NCBI GenBank assembly: GCA_030390025.1
Contig: CM059432.1
Span: 7,812,001-7,876,000 of the forward strand
From: Squalus acanthias
Taxonomy: Eukaryota
Length of the DNA: 64,000 bases
Reading direction: 5' to 3'
Of the stretch, positions 62,120-64,000 are shown piece after piece. The notes beneath the pieces are model-generated. The model saw nothing but the letters and a program-made list of their open reading frames with translations, did no database searches and was not told where the DNA came from. The translations under genes were made by a program, and so were the position numbers. Within the stretch, counting starts at the first letter, position 1; each line of letters begins with the position of its first letter.

Positions 62120-62560
62120 GTCAGCCATGGCTCAGTGGGTAGCACTCTCGCTTCTGAGTCAGAAGGTTGTGGGTTGAAGTCCCACTCCTTGAGCACAAAA
62201 AATCTAGGCTGACACTCCCGGTGCAGTACTGAGGGAGTGCTGCACTGTCGGAGATGCCGTCTTTCGGATGAGACGTTGAACCGAAGCCCCGTCTGCTCCC
62301 ATAGCACTATTTCGATAGAAGAGCAGGGGAGTTCTCCCCGGTGTCCTGGGGCCAATATTTATCTCTCAACCAACATCACTAAAACAGATTATCTGATCAT
62401 TATCACATTGCTGTTTGTGAGAGCTTGCTGTGCTCAAAATGGCTGTAACGTTTCCTACATTACAACAGTGACTGCACTTCAAAAGAACTTTATTGGCTGT
62501 AAAAGCGCATTGGGAAGTCCAGAGGTCGTGAAAGGCACTATATAAATGCAAGTTCTTTCT
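62120..62560 (+). mobile_element. Deu-domain SINE, near full length
   Basis: Head, core and tail as in the other copies. Confidence 0.9.
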
Positions 62561-63009
62561 ATTTTGGGGCGCAGAATGGGGCAAAAGCACCAATTTCCCA
62601 GAGCAGTCTCCTGTGCCCCAAGAGCGCCTTAAATACATCCAGTACCATATTGGGTCAAGCGATATTCAGGCGTCATTGGCAGCTGCCTAAAACAAGTGTG
62701 AGGCCCCTTGAATATATTAATGAGGGGGCTCACACCTGTTACAGGACCACTCCTGGAAATGTGTGAACTTTGCTCAGGCTTGTGGGTGCTTTAGCGGCCT
62801 AACTGGTGGTCCTTAAAGAGACTGATGGAGCGCAGCAACAAAAAGGTATTTTCTTTTAAACTTACCTTCATATGGAGCCAGTGGGGGGACGGTTGCGGGT
62901 GGCGAAGGAGTCCTCCTCCTAGCTCCACAAGACTACTGCGGGCCCACGCTAGCTCCCTCACAATCTCCTACCCATCTCCACCGCCGCCCCCCCCCCCGCC
63001 CCACACCCC

Positions 63010-64000
63010 TAGGGTCTGTTCCACCGTTCAATTAGATCCTGGCCGATCTGTGTCTCAACTCCATTTACCCGTTTTGGTTCCGTAACCCTTAATATCCTCA
63101 CCTAACAAAAATCCATCAATCTCAGTTTTGAAATTTTCAATTGACCCCCAGCCTCAACAGCTTGTTGCGGGAGAGAGTTCCAGATTCCCACTACCCTTTG
63201 TGTGAATAAGTGCTTCCTGACATCACCCCTGAATGGCCGAGCTCATTAAGTATGAAATTATAGCACATTTTGTGCAGCGAACTAGCAACCCATTGTCAAA
63301 ATTGAGTAGAATGGGCCTATATTCTCTGGAGTTTAGAAGAATGAGAGGTGATCTCATTGAAATACGTAAGATTCTGAGGGGGATTGACAGGGTAGATGCT
63401 GAGAGGTTGTTTCCCCTGGCTGGAGAGTCTAGAACTAGGGGGCATAGTCTCAGGATAAGGTCCATCATTTAGGACTGAGATGAGGAGGAATTTCTTCTCT
63501 CAGAGGGTTGTGAATCTTTGGAATTCTCTGCCCCAGAGGGCTGTGGATGCTGAGTTGTTGAGTATATTCAAGGCTGAGATCGATAGATTTCTTGACTCTA
63601 AGGGAATCAAGGGATATGGGGATCGGGCGGGGAAGTGGAGTTGAGGTCGAAGATCAGCCATGATCTTATTGAATGGCGGAGCAGGCTCGAGGGGGCGAAT
63701 GGCCGACTCCTGCTCCTAATTCTTACGTGCTTAAGTAAATTGGTATCAAGATATGCATTGTTTTGGGCTCGATCAACTCATTAATCATGAATTTGTTCCT
63801 GTACACAATGAGGGAGTTCAAACAGATTGCAGCTGATACATTGAACATTTAATACCCTATAGAGCAGGTTGAACAAGAACTGTACCAAATATAAGAAGAT
63901 AAGAATATAAGAAATAGGAGCAGGAGTAGGCCATATGGCCCCTCGAGCCTGCTCTGCCATTCAATAAGATCATGGCTGATCTTCGACCTCAACTCCACTT
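63010..64000. mobile_element. Three CR1 3' fragments: minus 63010-63245, plus 63300-63735, minus 63895-64000
   Basis: LYSLEFRRMRGDLIE...RTRGHSL and CR1 3' hairpin/tail sequences. Confidence 0.88.

Overview
Repeat-dense, apparently non-genic eukaryotic DNA. The repeat set (Deu-domain tRNA SINEs, many CR1 LINEs, L2 remnants, Penelope and Harbinger elements) suggests a cartilaginous fish; this is inference. I recognised no host protein-coding exon, and nearly all long ORFs are LINE fragments or artefacts of tandem repeats. Main points: (1) a ~3.3 kb single-ORF APE-RT LINE (57.1-60.4 kb, minus) starts with a tRNA-like Pol III head, and a SINE at 0.6-1.0 kb consists of that head joined to the LINE tail; (2) five minimal hammerhead-ribozyme motifs lie in Penelope pseudo-LTRs and show compensatory stem changes, two of them in a fold-back insertion with a 12-bp TSD; (3) a Harbinger transposon carries a three-exon Myb/SANT-like gene and a deleted nuclease, with at least nine related non-autonomous elements; (4) a ~1.45 kb candidate solo LTR has a splice donor in its putative R region. 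Boundaries were read by eye and are approximate unless a TSD is quoted.
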